From NCBI GenBank assembly GCA_009914755.4, contig CP068257.2, positions 6,656,001 to 6,720,000 of the forward strand: a DNA stretch of 64,000 nt. Direction: 5' to 3'. The stretch is from the human T2T-CHM13v2.0 reference genome, Homo sapiens. The notes beneath the pieces were generated by a model. That model searched no databases, was not told where the DNA came from, and was given only the letters and a program-made list of their open reading frames with translations. The position numbers and the translations under genes are program-made. Below, in pieces: positions 1 through 10,900 of the stretch (the first letter of the stretch is position 1; the number at the start of each line of letters is the position of its first letter).

Positions 1-675
1 TAGAACAAACCAGGTTTTGTTTTTCTCCTGTAAACAGGATGTTCCAGCATAAGAAGATACCTTCTACTCAAGTCCCTGTTCCACCTTTTCAAATCTCACT
101 GGTCTATTTCCCAGTGGGTTTCTAAACCAAGTAAGTACATTTGCAATGGTAATAGTGACACCAGTGACTGAAGTTTTGGCCAATCTCTCAAAATTGAGAA
201 AATAACCAAAGGGAAGGCATTGTTAAAGTGAACTAAGTATGGCCTGAGAAGGACTCCATAATTCTATATATGAGTCCTTGTGGATGAACTGTAACCTACC
301 TTAATAGGTATAGAAGAATGAAAAACTAACTTAAGAGTATGCACCTGGAAAAACAGCTACATCTTGGCCAATCCCAATGGCCAAACTTCAACCAATCAGG
401 CACTGCCAAATGTTCAAACTGTGTTCAAACAAGGCAAACACTGAGTTGTTTCTGTACCTCACTTCCGATTTCGGTATGCCATTTCCCTTTTGTCTATAAA
501 TCTTCTTCCACCACATGAATGCGCTGGAGTCTCTGTGAATCTGCTGTGATTCTGGGGACTGTCTGATTCGTGAATAGTTTATTGCTCTATTAAACTCCTT
601 TAAAGTTTTTCTTTTAACAGAACTAACACAGAAGAATTTCCAGATCATGAACAGATGTTTTGTAATACCCAATGT

Positions 676-755
676 TGTAACATGAATAGACTCTTCCTTA
701 GATAGCTAACCTTGTTTTTAATATGAATAGATTCTCCCTTAGCTGAGAAAACCAG
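676..755. repeat. Short imperfect tandem duplication (~37-40 bp x2): 'aacatgaatagactcttccttagatagctaacc' / 'aatatgaatagattctcccttagctgagaaaacc'
   Basis: Two adjacent near-copies read directly in the sequence. Confidence 0.4.
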
Positions 756-1610
756 ACAAACTCCATTTGGCTCCTTCATTTACAAGACATCAAGGGCTCC
801 CTACCCACCCCCTTTCCTCAAGGACTTTAACTTGTGCAAGCTGACTTTCAATATATCAAAGAGTGCAATTAACTGATAAAGTGCTGAGACAAGCGATGTC
901 CGCAGTTCCCAGCAATTTATTCAGAGATGGTATCATAAAGCCCCACATTTGTCTGGCAGATAATGCCCAGAGCCCCCTCACCTATCACTTTGTGGTGAAT
1001 TTAAAGCCCCTGCACCTGGAACAGTTTGTTTTCCTGTAACCATCTGTCTTTTTAACTTTTTTGTCTGTTATTTTCTTCTGTAAAGTTGCTGCAGCTAGAA
1101 TCCCCCCTCCCCTCTCTAAACCAAAGTATAAAAGAAAATCTAGTCCCTTCTTCGGGGCCGAGAGAATTTCGTGCATTAGCCGTCTCTCAGTCACCAGCTA
1201 ATAAAGGACCCCTGAATTCGTCTCAAAGTGTGGCGTTTATCTCTAACTCACTCGGGTACGACAGTTTCAACTATGGTAGAAGACTTGAGTAAGGCAAATA
1301 CAGTCCCCCTAAATTTGACTATTATTTAGGTTAATGGTGAGTTTAGAAGAAATAAGTTAAGACTACACAGAGTGGGCTAAAGTGCAAATAAACACTGGAA
1401 ATATTTCCCAGAAAATATGACTTTGAACAGGCTGCTGCACACCCTGCATGTAGAGATAAACTAAGAAAAATGTCTGGAGAGTTATTTAAGGACCTCTGGT
1501 TAACTCAGTCCTCAAGATGTTCTGGGTTTCATCCATGAATCAAGAAGGACCTCCCAAAAGCTGTTTGGGACCACACTCTTTGAGCAATGAGCACACCTTA
1601 CGATGGAAGC

Positions 1611-1699
1611 TGTGCTTTAGCGGCAGATGACCATTTCCACTGCACAACACACCATGCTTTAGCGGAAGATGACCGTTTCCACTGCACAACACTACAAGT
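1611..1699. repeat. Tandem duplication, ~43 bp unit x2 ('gctttagcggcagatgaccatttccactgcacaacac...')
   Basis: Two consecutive near-identical copies differing at ~4 positions. Confidence 0.75.
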
Positions 1700-4336
1700 G
1701 GTTACTGCCAGGCCGGTGTGAAATATGTTCCAGCACATAATCTATGTCACCAATGAAGGTGGTGGTTCGGACTTGGTGCACACAATCTTTCCTGTCCCAC
1801 AAGAACACAGCATACTCTCTTCTCGGGTTCCATTCCAATTACATAACAAATATGACTGCCTTTTTTGTCTCGGCATCAGAAAGATCAGAGGAAAATTTGC
1901 ACCCAACTTAGACAACTCTAAGCTCTTATAACCTGCCTATATCTACATGTCAGCTTTATCTTATTTATGTATATTTCCTTCAACCTGAGTTTTACTTATT
2001 TCTACTTTTCCTTTTTAATTCACAGACACCCATAAACTCAGAAAATACAGTGTAAAACAAAGTGAAGAACAAGTAAGCAACTCACCAGAGATTTATTCGT
2101 TCCCTGTTGCTCTTGGAAACACCCAGAGGACACTGGAAACATAGCTGGGATAGAAGGCAAATGACTTGGATTAAGGAGAGAACTGGTGTGGTGTGGTCCC
2201 AGATTCTTCTGCCCAACGCTCTAGACACATTACCTGGGAAAGCCCTCCTCCCTCCTGAAAAAGAAAAACTTCCCCAGGGGAGAAGAGTCCTTCACGCCTC
2301 ATTAGGGGCAGCAGAGGCTCAAGTTAAGATACATAGACAAGTACATTAATTGGTAGACATTAGATGCACAATTTATTTTTGAATAAATATATGTATTACC
2401 TACTAATTTAGTAACAATATTATCTAAAGATATAATCTAATAATTTAATACAAAGAAACATTATAAGTTCACTAAAATAAATGTTATAGAAATATACTGG
2501 GCTGTATTAACTATTTTCCTATTAATATGTAGATTCCACAAATAACTTCATATGAGTGTTCCCGTGACAGTACCTCTTGCTTTTCTATACCTGAACATCA
2601 TGGAAAGTGCATCTTGCAAACCAGCAATTTTGGCCTACAATTACGTTTTTTAAAATGTACATAATGCGTATTTCCTACAGTATCCCATTCTACTCATGTT
2701 TCCCAATAACACCTTTCCTTCTATCCAAGCCCTCATATTATGCTCTGACAATAAATTGGGCTTTTCCATCTGACTTGTCCAGTGAATGGACAATGGAAAA
2801 TGTGATGCAAATATCCATTGGTTCTTCCCTTTTTGGGAGAAATTGTGAAGAGGTCTGGAGCTACCCTGTTGGAGACACAGGGCCTAGCCAAGAGTCACCA
2901 CAAACCACCAGATAGTGAAGGAAACTATCTTAAACCAACCAGGCTCAGTCAACGCACCAGGTGACTAAGGCCTTTTTGTGATCCAGGCAACACAAATATA
3001 TCAACTACCCAGGTGAATCCACCACACCAAAATGCAGATCCACAGAACTTCAAACAAATAAAATGGTGGTTGTTTTTTATAAGCCAGTAAGGTTTAATTA
3101 GTTCCTTAAACAGCAAGTATTAACTGTTACACCTAAGTGAACAGAATTCACTTCTGTGTTTTCAACAAAATTATGTAGGGGGAGAAAATCTTAAATTACA
3201 AATCAAATACAATCAATAGAACTTCGCAATCTAATGCTAAATTTGGTGATGGACTAGGTTTAATATATTTCAGACGCGAAAAAACGAGCTAAGATTGAAG
3301 GAATGGGACTGTGTTTGGAGAGTATTTTAATCCTCTCAAGTATGACAGGTCACTCCTGAACCCCAGACCACACTTTCAGGCCCCTTCAAATAAGGAATAT
3401 TTCCTAAGTCCTTGCCTGTTTTTCTCAGCTGAATTCACCTCAACCTTCTGAAAGTTCGTCCAAACCTTCTACTATCACCTAGTCTTTGCAAATCTTGTGC
3501 ATTCTAGGGAGTAGAATTAATATTTCCTGAGCAAGGAAAACTGGGATCTTCACCTGTGTCCTTTTTTCCTCCTCTGAAGCACCAGGGAGAGGTTAGACCA
3601 GATGGCTGTTCTTTCAAGTGTGCTTCTTATTCATAGGGAACCCTCCCTTTCAAACTTTGTAACACACAGTTAAGACTGAAGTACCCTTAAGGCTGACGAC
3701 CATCATCTATTACGCCATCTCCCTCGCGGAATCAGTGAGTTCTTCCCTGGAAACTAGGTCTCGTATAAACTTCTGTAAATGCGACCCAGGAGGACTAGGC
3801 AGGTCACACAGTGAAGGAGGGAACCAGAAACTTCACTTGCTAAAGAGACACCAGGAAACCCAACTAATACAAACGTCAAGTTTAAGACTAGAGGCGCACG
3901 CGTTTCACACTACTCCTCTGGGAATGGGGAACGTCTCCCAAGAACTGTGTGTTAGCACTGGGACAGATGGGCAAACTGAGCATCATGCGGGTTGGTAACT
4001 GGGTCCCTCAGCAGCAGGACAGGAGCGCGGCCTGCAGACTCCGGGCCCAGGGCCACCGGCCTCTCCTACCCGCTCCTGTGCCTCTAGAACCCGCTTCACT
4101 GCTGGGACCCCACCCCTGTCCTCCCAGCCCCTGCCAGGGTCCGCAGCCCGCACCTGCTCTTCAGGCCCTGCCCTCCCGCGATGCGCCCACGCGTCTGCTC
4201 CCACAACTAGGGAACACTGGTCCGGCCTCCTGGGATCCCCTGAGGCCCACGGGTTCCTCTTGACCCTTGCACCGACCCACAGGGACATAGAACCAAGCCC
4301 CACGCCGGCCCAGCTACAGGACCGCCTCTGGGTGCC

Positions 4337-4359
4337 ACACTTCCGGAGGAAAATGGCGG
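4337..4359. promoter_or_regulatory. ETS/GABP-like site (CCGGAAGTG on minus strand) next to a YY1-like core (AAAATGGCGG)
   Basis: The + strand reads 'cacttccggaggaaaatggcggag'. The reverse complement contains CCGGAAGTG, the GABPA/ETS consensus core. AAnATGGCG is the YY1 core. This makes the ATG more likely part of a YY1 site than a start codon. Confidence 0.45.
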
Positions 4360-4436
4360 AGTGGGCCGGGCAGCGCTTGTGCAGAGAGAAAAGCTGGTTC
4401 CCAAGGTCCTTGATGGTAACATCATTGGAAGGTGAC

Positions 4437-4462
4437 ACTACAATTCCCATGAGGCTTTGCGG
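4437..4462 (+). promoter_or_regulatory. ZNF143 (SBS)-like motif with 5' ACTACA extension: ACTACAATTCCCATGAGGCTTTGCGG
   Basis: Compared with the ACTACAATTCCCAGCAATGC / TTCCCAGAATGCATTGCG consensus, the ACTACAATTCCCA core is exact and about 14 of 18 positions match overall. Confidence 0.4.
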
Positions 4463-4683
4463 TCCCCCTTTAGGAACCCACGCCAGACATTCTGTTTTGC
4501 CCAGCAGTTGAGTCCAGTTACCCAGAGACCCAGACTTAATGTATCAGGACTGGTCCCTACCCAGTTGACACAGATGTGGCATTCTGGTTCTTTATTAAAT
4601 ACTGGTTTCACAGCCTGGGACATTGTGAAAATAATGGAGAAATTTCAATAGAGGCCAATTGGTCTATGCTATGAATGAGTAAC

Positions 4684-4984
4684 TTTTTTTTTTTTTTGAG
4701 ACGGAGTCTCACTCTGTCGCCCAGGCTGGAATGTAATGGTGTGATCTTGGCTCACCGCAACCTCCGCTTCCCGGGTCCAAGTGATTCTCCTGCCTCAGCC
4801 TCCTAAGTACCTGGGATTACAGGCGCGTGCCACCACACTCCACACTCGCCTAATTTTTGTATTTTTAGTAGAGACTGGTTTTCACCATGTTGGTCAGGCT
4901 GGTCTCCAACTCCTGACCTCGTGATCCACCCTCCTCAGCCTCCCAAGGTGCTGGGATTACAAGCGTGAGCCACTGTGCCCAGCC
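4684..4984 (-). mobile_element. Alu SINE (AluS-like), full length, minus orientation
   Basis: The + strand begins with a 14-nt poly-T, then 'gagacggagtctcactctgtcgcccaggctgga...' and ends '...gcgtgagccactgtgcccagcc'. This is the reverse complement of an Alu from the GGCCGGGCGCGGTGGCTCA head to the poly-A tail. Confidence 0.95.
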
Positions 4985-5274
4985 CTCAAGTCTATTTTTT
5001 ATAGATGCATTCGAAAGCATGAAAAAAATCATGTCTCTATTTTACTTTAAAATTTTAAAAACACAACTAATGAATATGGTAATTCTCTTCCAATCTGTTA
5101 TCTTCTCTCTCACTAAACTAATTTGTGAGCCTTCAATTTACACAGTTAGAAAATATGCTCTAGTGCATATACTAGGATAAAATAACAGGGTCATAAGACA
5201 GGTGCACTCCATAATCTTTGTGACAACTTTCACTTCCAGTGTCTGATAAATATTTGCCTGTAGACTCCCACATT

Positions 5275-5300
5275 TCATCCATCCATCCATCAATCAAATC
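5275..5300. repeat. Short (CATC/ATCC)n microsatellite
   Basis: The sequence reads catccatccatccatcaatcaaatc. Confidence 0.6.
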
Positions 5301-6519
5301 TACCTATCTTTATTTATTTATTGTGAGAAAGACCTGAAATTTGCCTTTCCTTCCCTGATTTCTGCCACAAACTAGGCAAGGAGTTCTGCCTAGGGGTTTC
5401 TCAGAGCTCTGGCTACCACCGAGGTTCCTAACAGGGAAACGCAGGCTTGAATGCTCAGGGTTGATGTGGGAGTGCGTGTGAAACGGGGGTGGGGTGAAAG
5501 GGCAGTGACGTTTGTAGGTGGGCAGATGGGGGTGTTGATAGGCTTTCAGGTAAGAGGCACGCAGGAAACTGGGAGAGGCAGCGAAAGCACCTCACACCTC
5601 AGATCACCAGAAGACGCTCCCACCAGTGCCATGACAGTTTGCCAATGCCATGGCATCACGAGAAGTCCCCACCCCTTGCCATGGAAACAGATGGAAGTTA
5701 CTGCCCATTTCTAGCTATTTCTGAATAACCCGCCCCTTAATTAGCATGCCATTAAAAGTGAATTATAAAAGTGACTACAAGCCAACCCTAGGCTGCTGCT
5801 CTGGGAGCACAACCCACAGAGGGCTCCCTGCCCTGCCGGAGTGGATGCAGGGTTGTAACACCGCCAATGCCTCCATAGAGCTGCTTTCTTCCACCACAGG
5901 CTTGCTTTTGGATTTCTTCCTGAGCGACGCCAAGAACCTGCCCTTCCTCAGTGTGACTCTTGCCTAAAACCTATCCCTGGTATTCTCTTTTCCTAAGCAT
6001 GCCCTGACTTGTTCTTTCATCTCCTCTGATCTTGCAATTGGTCCTCAGTGACTCTATTCTGCAGATCCAGAAAACTCAACCTTAATCTTCCCAGAGCACT
6101 GTTGTCTCTAATATTGGAATCTATAGCCTTGTTTTCTCAGACGCCTAGATTACAGGCCTCTCTCTTGAACACCTATTGGTATGGTATCTGGGGATCCTTT
6201 AAGTACTTGATGATTGGCAGGGGTTAAATAGCGGAAATCAGTGAATGACAATTCGCCTTCCAGGATATGGACTGTCATTCCCTCTCTTGGTGGGCCTCAG
6301 TCTCTTATCCATAAAAGTAGAGATTGTAATACTCATTTGAATTGCAGATACCTCAACCCAAACCCACCTAATATAATGTAAAAGCCAAGAATGCAACCTC
6401 TTTCCTCACCCCGTGAAGGTAAAGCCCTCAGAGCCAAGGAGAGAAGGCTCAGGGATGGTATCTGGGTGTTTCCAACGCTAACCATGTATTGTACTTTTTT
6501 GTGTTCAAGTTTAAGCTTC

Positions 6520-6775
6520 CCCAGCTTTAATTCTATTGTAACAAGATTTATTTTTCTAATTCCATTTTTGGATTCTTGATTTATTGGTAAAGAAATACAG
6601 TTATTTTTGTATACCAATCTTACATAGTGTTACATTCTTAAATTTGTTCATGAGTCCTAATACTTTTTAGTAAATTTCTTACGATTTTCTAAATGCAAGA
6701 TCATGTCATCTGTACATAAAGATAACTGTACTTCTTCTTTTCCAATCTAGATGCTGTTTATTTATTTACATTGCC
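6520..6775 (-). mobile_element. L1 (LINE-1) ORF2 fragment, antisense orientation
   Basis: '...attttctaaatgcaagatcatgtcatctgtacataaagataactgtacttcttcttttccaatctagatgc...' matches the well-known antisense strand of L1 ORF2. The reverse complement encodes ~EEVxLSLxxDDMI, the RT/'FADD' region. Upstream there is an AT-rich L1-antisense-like tail. Confidence 0.6.
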
Positions 6776-6903
6776 AAATTGTCCCAGCTACCACTGTTAT
6801 CAAGTAAAAGGGTCTCACTGCCCAAAGCACAAGAAGCCAGTACCATGACACTGAGTTTTCGAGAAAAGAAAATGTTTAAAGTCAAACCAAAACCTAGGGT
6901 AGA

Positions 6904-7267
<364 letters not shown>

Positions 7268-7632
7268 CTACATCAAAAAAAGTAGAAAAGCTTCAAATAA
7301 ACAAACTAATAATGCATCTTAAATAATTAGAAAAGCAAGAACAAACCAAAACCAAAATTAGTAGAAGGAAACATAGCAAAGGTTGGAGCAGAAATAAATG
7401 AAATTGAAATTTAGCAATATAAAATATCAATGAAATGAAAAGTTAATATTTTTAAAAGACCAACAAAATCAACAAACATTTAACCAGACTAAGAAAAAAG
7501 AGAGAAGATTCCAATACATAAAACCAGAGATTGAAAAGGAGACACTATAACTGATACTGTGGAAATTCAAAGAATCATTAGAAACTATTATGACCAACTA
7601 TATTCCAATAAATTGAAAAACCTGGAAGAAAT

Positions 7633-7921
<289 letters not shown>

Positions 7922-10900
7922 CTAGAAGAAATGGATAAATGAAATTGAAGCCATAATAAAACATCTCCTAGCAAAGAAAAGCCTGGATTCAATGGCTTCA
8001 CTGGCTTCATGGATTAATTTTACCAAACATTGAAGGCAGAATTACTATCAATCCTACCCAAACTATTCCCAAAAACAGAGAAGGCTGTAGTATTTCCAAA
8101 CTCATCCTACGAAAAAGACCATTCATCATGTCTAAGTGGGATTTATACCGATGATGCCAACATGGTTCAACATATGCAAATCACTCAATGTGACACATCA
8201 TATCAACAGAATGAAGGACAAAAACCATATGATAATTTCAATTGATACTGAAAAGCATTTAATAAAATTCAACATCCCTGTGATAAAAAGAAACCCTCAA
8301 AAAAAACTAGATATAGAAGGAACATACCACAACACAATAAAAACCAAATGCATCAGAACCACAGCCAGTATCATCCTGAACAGGGAAAAGCTGAAAGCGT
8401 TTCTTCTAAGTTCTGGAACAAGACAAGAATGTCCACTTCCAACACTGTTACTCAACACAGTACTGGAAGTCCTAGCTAGAGCAATTCAGACAAGAGAAAA
8501 ACAATAAAAGGGATGCACAAAGGAAAGAAGTAAAATTATTAAAGTTTTATTGTTTGCAGATGACTTGATCTTATATTTGGAAAAACCTAAGGACTCCACC
8601 AAAAAACTATTAGAACTGATCAACAAATTCAGAGTCACAACATACGAAATCAAGCTACAAAATTGAGGAGCATTTCTAAATGACAAAAATGAACAATCTA
8701 AAGAAGAAAATCAAGAATGTAATCCCATTTAGAATAGCTACAAATAAAATAAAATAACTGGGAATAAACATAACAGAAAAAGTGAAAGACCTCTACAATG
8801 AAAAGTATAAAATATCGATGCAAAAAAATAAAAGAGGACACAAAAAAATGGAAAGATTGTCCATGTTCATTTATTGGAAGAGTAAATATTATTAAAATAC
8901 CAATACTTCACAAAGCAATCTACAGATTCAATGCAATCCTTATTGAAATACTAATAACCCACTTCACAGAAATAGAAAAAAAATCCTAAAGTTTATATGA
9001 AACCATAAGAATGGAATGGAACGGAAAGGAATCAACCTGAGTGGAATGGATTGGAATGGAAAGGAATGGAATGGAATTCAATGGAATGGAATTCAATGGA
9101 ATGGAATCAAATGGAAAGGAATGGAATGGAATGGAATGGAATGGAATGGAATGGAATGGAAGGGAATCAACCCGAGAGGAATGGATTGCAATGGAATGGA
9201 GTTATCCTGAGTGGAATGGAATGGAATGGAATCATCCGAGTGGAATGGAATGGAAGGGAATGCAATGGAATGGAATGGAATAGAATTAACACGAGTGACA
9301 TGGAATGGAAAGGAATGGAATAGAATTGAATGGAATGGAATCCACCCGAGTGGAATGGAATGGCATGGAATGCAATGGAATTGAACGGAATATAATGGAA
9401 TTAAATGGAATCATCCCGAGTGGAATGGAATGGTATCTAATGCAATGGAATGGAATGGAGCAGAACGGAATGGAATGGAAAGAATAGATTGAATCCAAGT
9501 GGAATTGAATGGAATGGAATGGATTGGAAAGGAATGGAATGGATTGGAATGGATTGGAATGGAAAGGAATGGATTCAACCCAAGTGGAATGTAATAGATT
9601 GGAATGGAAAGGAATAGAATGGAATGGAATGGAATGGAATCAACACGAATGGAATGGAACGGAATGGAATGGAATGGAATGGAATGGAATGGAATGGTAT
9701 GGAATGAAATGGAAAGGAACGGCATAGAATCAACAAAAGTGGAATGGAATGGAATGGAATGGAAGGGAATCAACACGAGTGGAATGGAATGGAAAGGAAT
9801 GCAATGGAATGGAATGGAATGGAATCAACCCGAGTGGAGTAGAAGGGAATGGAATGGAAACAACCCCAGTGGAATGGAATGGAATGGAATGCAATAGAAT
9901 GGAATGGAATGGAATGGAATGGAATTCAATGGAATCAACCCGAGTGGAAAGGAATGGTTTGGAATGCAATGGAATGGAGTTTAACAGAACGGAATGGAAT
10001 GGAATGGAATTGATTGAATCCGAGTGGAATTGAATGGAAGGGAATGCATTGGAAAGGAATGGAAAGGATTCAACCCGAGTGGAATGTAATGGATTGGAAT
10101 GGAGTGGAATGGAATTGAATGGAATGGAATGGAATGGAATCAACAGAAATGGAATGGAATGGAATGCAATGGAATAGAATGGAACGGAATGGAATGCAAT
10201 GGAAGAGAATGGAATGCAATGAAATGGAATAAACCCGAATGGAATGGAATGGAATGGAATGCAATGGAATGGAATGGAATGCAATGGAATGGAATGGAAT
10301 GCAATGGAATGGAATGGAATGGAATGGAATGGAATGGAATGGAATGGAATGGAATGAATTGTGATAAACCCGAATGGAATGGAATGGAATGGAATGGAAT
10401 GGAATGGAATGGAATGGAAAGGAGTGGAATGAAATAAACACCAGTGGAATGAAACGGAATAAAATGGAATGGAATGGAATGGAATGGAATGGAATGGAAA
10501 GGAATGAAATCTAGTCGAGTAGAATGGAACGGAATGCAATGGAATGGAATGGAAAGGAATGGAATCAACTGAAATGGAATGAAATGGAATGGAACGGAGT
10601 GGAATGGAATGGAAAGCAAAGGAATCAATAAGAGTGAAAAGCTATGGAATGGAACGGAATGGAATGGAATGGAGTGGAATGGAATCAACCCAAGTGGAGT
10701 GAAATAAAATGAAATGGAATTGAATGGAATCAACATGAGTGGAATTGAATGGAATGGAATGGAATGGAATGGTATCAACCAGAGTGGAATGGAATTGAAA
10801 GGAATGGAACGGAATGGAATGCAATGGAATCAACTGGAATGGAATGGAATGGAATGGAATGGAATGGAATGGAATGGAACGGAATCAACCTCAGTCAAAT

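Larger units (their letters stand above)
3700..4500. promoter_or_regulatory. CpG-island-like, TATA-less promoter region
   Basis: Dense CpG dinucleotides (e.g. ggcgcacgcg, agcgcggcc, cccgcgatgcgcccacgcgtc, cacgccggccc, gccgggcagcgc). High GC compared with the AT-rich flanks. No TATA box, but clustered housekeeping-promoter motifs (see next features). Transcription direction unresolved. Confidence 0.55.

Noticed and set aside
3949-4511. Overlapping ORFs in the GC-rich region (3949-4263 +, 3983-4450 -, 4207-4425 -, 4260-4511 +), including an 'ATGGCGGAG...' start
   Set aside because: Pro/Arg/Gly-rich ORFs on both strands are what a CpG island produces by chance. The ATGGCGG sits inside a YY1-like motif next to an ETS site. 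That points to promoter DNA, not a reliable coding start. A short first exon cannot be excluded but cannot be supported either.
4684-4984. Target-site duplication for the minus-strand Alu
   Set aside because: Flanks ('...gtctatgctatgaatgagtaac' vs 'ctcaagtctatttttt') share only a weak 'gtctat' match. That is not convincing enough to call.
5451-5967. ORFs 5451-5714 and 5746-5967, and the 'gccccttaattagcatgccattaaaagtgaattataaaag' segment, as a possible gene or LTR
   Set aside because: No recognisable domain. The sequence looks like generic interspersed or unique DNA. I cannot assign a repeat family from memory and there are no supporting splice or promoter signals.
9012-9600. Expectation that the array edge would be more degenerate than the interior (an old, decayed boundary)
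   Set aside because: The first few hundred bp show the same unit types and a similar level of divergence as the interior, so no such gradient is evident by eye. A quantitative identity profile would be needed.
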